Shown: positions 7,407 to 9,992 of the stretch, piece after piece
How the letters are laid out: each line of letters opens with the position of its first letter
How positions within the stretch are numbered: the first letter of the stretch is position 1
Assembly: GCF_006345805.1 (NCBI RefSeq)
Contig: NW_021827659.1
Location: 1 to 9,992 of the forward strand
From: Octopus sinensis
Taxonomy: Eukaryota
Length of the DNA stretch: 9,992 nt
Direction of reading: 5' to 3'
The notes under the pieces: model-generated
What the model saw: the letters and a program-made list of their open reading frames with translations, nothing else
Told to the model about the DNA's origin: nothing
The model's database searches: none
Program-made: the position numbers and the translations under genes

Positions 7407-7752
7407 ATAAAGTAAAGTAAAGGTAAAGCCTTCCTTCGGTCATGAATGACCATGGGATTGCATCAAGAAAGTTACCCTCCGAGGCACATGTCCTAGTAAG
7501 GTACTTTATGGGACCAGTAGTCGCCCATGCATATCAGCCTCCTCTCTCAACACCAAAGATGTTATCCAAGGAAAAACCGATACAGCTTGGTACCAGTGAT
7601 ATCGGAACTCGTTTCTGCAGCTGAGTGAACTGGAGCAACGTGAAATAAAGCATCTTGTCCAAGAATACAACACATAGCCCGATTCAAGACTCGACCTCAC
7701 TAACTCACGATTGTGAGCCCGTCGCTCTAACCACTAAGCCATGTGCCTTCAC
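7407..7752 (-). mobile_element. Full-length tRNA-derived SINE (family C)
   Basis: The minus strand begins gtgaaggcacatggcttagtggttagagc, with a consensus A box TGGCTTAGTGG (7731-7741) and a degenerate B box (7686-7698). It has a 3' hairpin ggtca-ttca-tgacc (7438-7451), a (TTTAC)-type tail (7407-7428) and a candidate 14-bp TSD. Confidence 0.88.
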
Positions 7753-7835
7753 CATGTAAACGCACATCGAGATAGAGCCATGGTAATCCAATAAAGCAAA
7801 CACACGCACTGTTGTATTCAGCTTCATTTCAATTA

Positions 7836-8055
7836 GGTGACAAGCTGGCAAGATCGTTAGCAACTCGGACAAAATGCTTAGCGGCATTTCGTCCGTCTTT
7901 ACCTGTCGAGTTCAAATTCTGCTGAGGTCGATTTTGCCTTTTATCTTTTCGGGGTCGATAAAATAAGTGCCAATTGAGCACTAGAGTCGATGTAATCGAT
8001 TTCCCCGTCCCGCCAAATTTGCTGACCTTGTGTCAAAATTTGAAACCAGTATTAT
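7836..8055 (+). mobile_element. tRNA-derived SINE (family B head/body, different 3' tail)
   Basis: It aligns with 2410-2572 (gctggca..gttagca..aaatgcttagcgg..gagttcaaatt..gaggtcga..ggggtcgataaa..gtcgatgtaatcga), then has an unrelated tail ending ..aaaatttgaaacc. Confidence 0.88.
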
Positions 8056-8074
8056 CTTGTAATCGATCTTAATG

Positions 8075-8153
8075 ATTATATAATAATATAAATAATATAT
8101 AAATATATGCATAATACATATAGTACATACCTACATACATACATAATACATAC

Positions 8154-8217
<64 letters not shown>
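8075..8217. repeat. (TA)n/(TACA)n microsatellite
   Basis: Seen directly. Confidence 0.95.
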
Positions 8218-8220
<3 letters not shown>

Positions 8221-8660
8221 GGTACAGGACATCAAAAAAATGTTGAACACAATGAGAAACGAAAACATAAAAACAAAAACCTTGACACGAATTTTTTTTC
8301 GAACAACGAAAACAAAACCCAGAGAAATGAGACAGACAACATGAATATTCCCCTTCTTCAGTTGTCCCTGTTTCAACTACTCCACGTCATGAAGGCAAGG
8401 ACAAGACGCGACTTCATTGAAACAGTCCTTCCCGCAAAGCAAATTAAATAAAATTTGAGATTCTCTGCGTAGGGTGAAAGTGGTAAGAACATGACAGTGA
8501 GAACAAAACAGTAAAAACAAATGGTGAGGACTGTTAAGCCAAGACGATAGAAGAATTATTATGAACGCTTAGGAAGACGAGCTTATGAAGGAAACAGTAT
8601 GAGCACGTTTAGTCTTTACGAAGGTTGAGGGTAGAAAGGTAGATTCTCTTTCGTCACGTG
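8218..8660 (-). repeat. Unclassified interspersed-repeat end abutting (TA)n
   Basis: The minus strand is T-rich and ends ..gatgtcctgtacccac immediately before (AT)n. It resembles a repeat recalled from octopus sequence; class unknown. Confidence 0.35.
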
Positions 8661-8661
8661 T

Positions 8662-9992
8662 CAGCTCCCAGTCAAACTGAAAGAGGGGGTAATATGCCCT
8701 ATCCATAAGGGAGGTAGCAGAGCAGATGCTAAAAATTATAGGCCTATCTCTCTGACCTCACACATCAGCAAAGTCATGGAACGAATAGTCCGTAAGAAAC
8801 TAATCATGTTCCTTGAAGAAAATGACTTACTGTCTGACACCCAGCATGGATTTCGACCAGGTAGAGGCTGCCTAACACAGCTCCTGCAACACTATGACTG
8901 GGTGTTGAAACAGCTACTAAATGGCTCAAATGTGGATGTAATATATCTTGACTTTGCAAAAGCCTTTGATAAAGTCGACCATGGTATGATCTGTCAACAC
9001 TGCGTGGTCTCGGCATAGGCGGGAAACTTGGAGAGTGGCTGCACAACTTCCTAAAAGACAGAAAACAGGCAGTTGTGAGCAATGGAGCCACCTCAGGAAA
9101 CGCAAATAGCAAGCGGTGTCCCACAGGGCACTGTCTTGGGGCCACTGATGTTCATAGTGGCCCTTTCAGACATGCCTTCAGTTGCTACGATGACCACCCT
9201 TGCTAGCTATGCAGATGACACAAAAGTCTCCCACGCAATACAAAACCCTGAAATATTGCGCATCTGCAACATGAGCTGGACACAATATCAGGTGGGCTGA
9301 GGACAAACAACATGCAGTTTTAATGCAGGTAAGTTCCAGGCCCTGCGCTACTGGCACACAAAGGTAAATGACGTGAAGACTGGATACACTGGCCCAGGAA
9401 GAATTGCAATCCCTGAGTCAAAATCAGTGCGTGACCTGGGCATTGACATGAGCAATGATGCATCTTTCTAAATGCTATTTGCTAATCTGGTGATAAAATG
9501 CAGACGGCTAGCTGGATGGATTCTCCGAACTTTCAGAACAAGAGAGAAGGAGACACTGATGGTCCTATGGAAAACATTTGTCCTCAGCCGCTTGGACCAC
9601 TGCTCCCACTTTGGTCACCACACAATAAAACAAACAGCAGAACTCGAAGCAACTCAGAGAAGCTACACAAAGAAAATCGTCTCAATGCAAAATGTCAGCT
9701 ACTGGGAAAGACTGAGGTATTAAACCTCTTCTCCCTGGAGCGGAGGCGGGAAGATATGCAGTGATATACATCTGGAAAATCCTGGAGGTTCTGTCCCAAA
9801 CTTTGGCATTCAAAGTTACTCTCCACCGCAGAACGGGGCGCCGCTGCGTGGTGCCAAGGATTCCAACATCACCATCAAAATACAGGTCCAATACTGCAAA
9901 CAGCTTGGGTTTCAGAGGACCACGGCTCTTTACCATCCTCCCTAAATGCCTGAGAGACTTACATGGTGTGGATGTGGGTTTTCTTTAAAACT
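8662..9992 (+). mobile_element. 5'-truncated, frameshifted CR1-group LINE ORF2 (reverse transcriptase and C-terminal region), running off the window end
   Basis: RT motifs: KNYRPISLTS (8731-8760), QHGFRPGR, YLDFAKAFDKVDH (LDFAKAFD 8947-8970), SGVPQGTVLGP (GVPQG 9115-9129), YADD (9208-9219), VRDLGI, then LxLFSLERRR and RGPRLFxxLP, which are typical of CR1-like elements. There are multiple frameshifts and an in-frame TAA at 9469. Confidence 0.93.

Noticed and set aside
1317-7752. tRNA genes suggested by A/B boxes at 1326, 2420 and 7731
   Set aside because: No complete cloverleaf could be folded, and each continues into a SINE body and tail.
8340-8385. Minus-strand gaaac..ctgaagaagggg, a possible permuted hammerhead
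   Set aside because: Only 9 nt separate GAAA and CUGAAGA, and no convincing stem II/III or cleavage triplet can be built.
8804-9936. Minus-strand ORFs 8804-9145 and 9682-9936
   Set aside because: They are antisense shadows of the LINE RT coding strand.

Overview
This is repeat-dominated, non-coding eukaryotic (animal) DNA with no credible intact protein-coding gene. Nearly all ORFs in the track are microsatellite translations. The SINE families resemble, from memory, those of octopus/coleoid cephalopods, so that origin is an inference. Conventional content: many compound microsatellites, six tRNA-derived SINE copies or fragments of about three families, a 5'-truncated and frameshifted CR1-group LINE reverse transcriptase (8662 to window end), a much older I/Jockey-like LINE remnant (about 1680-2098), and a perfect 143-bp tandem duplication inside a polypurine tract. 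The most interesting region is 3893-4623. It holds an inverted repeat with ~190-bp arms, each ending in a minimal type I hammerhead ribozyme motif (CTGATGA..GAAA-CAGCTG-TA) pointing outward. The spacer carries a possible GIY-YIG C-terminal trace. Next to it are a perfect 90-bp palindrome centred on (AT)22 and a third, variant hammerhead-like motif. This architecture fits a Penelope-like retroelement or retrozyme-type relic anchored in (TA)n. A separate pre-miRNA-sized hairpin lies at 3153-3229. All alignments and folds were done by eye.
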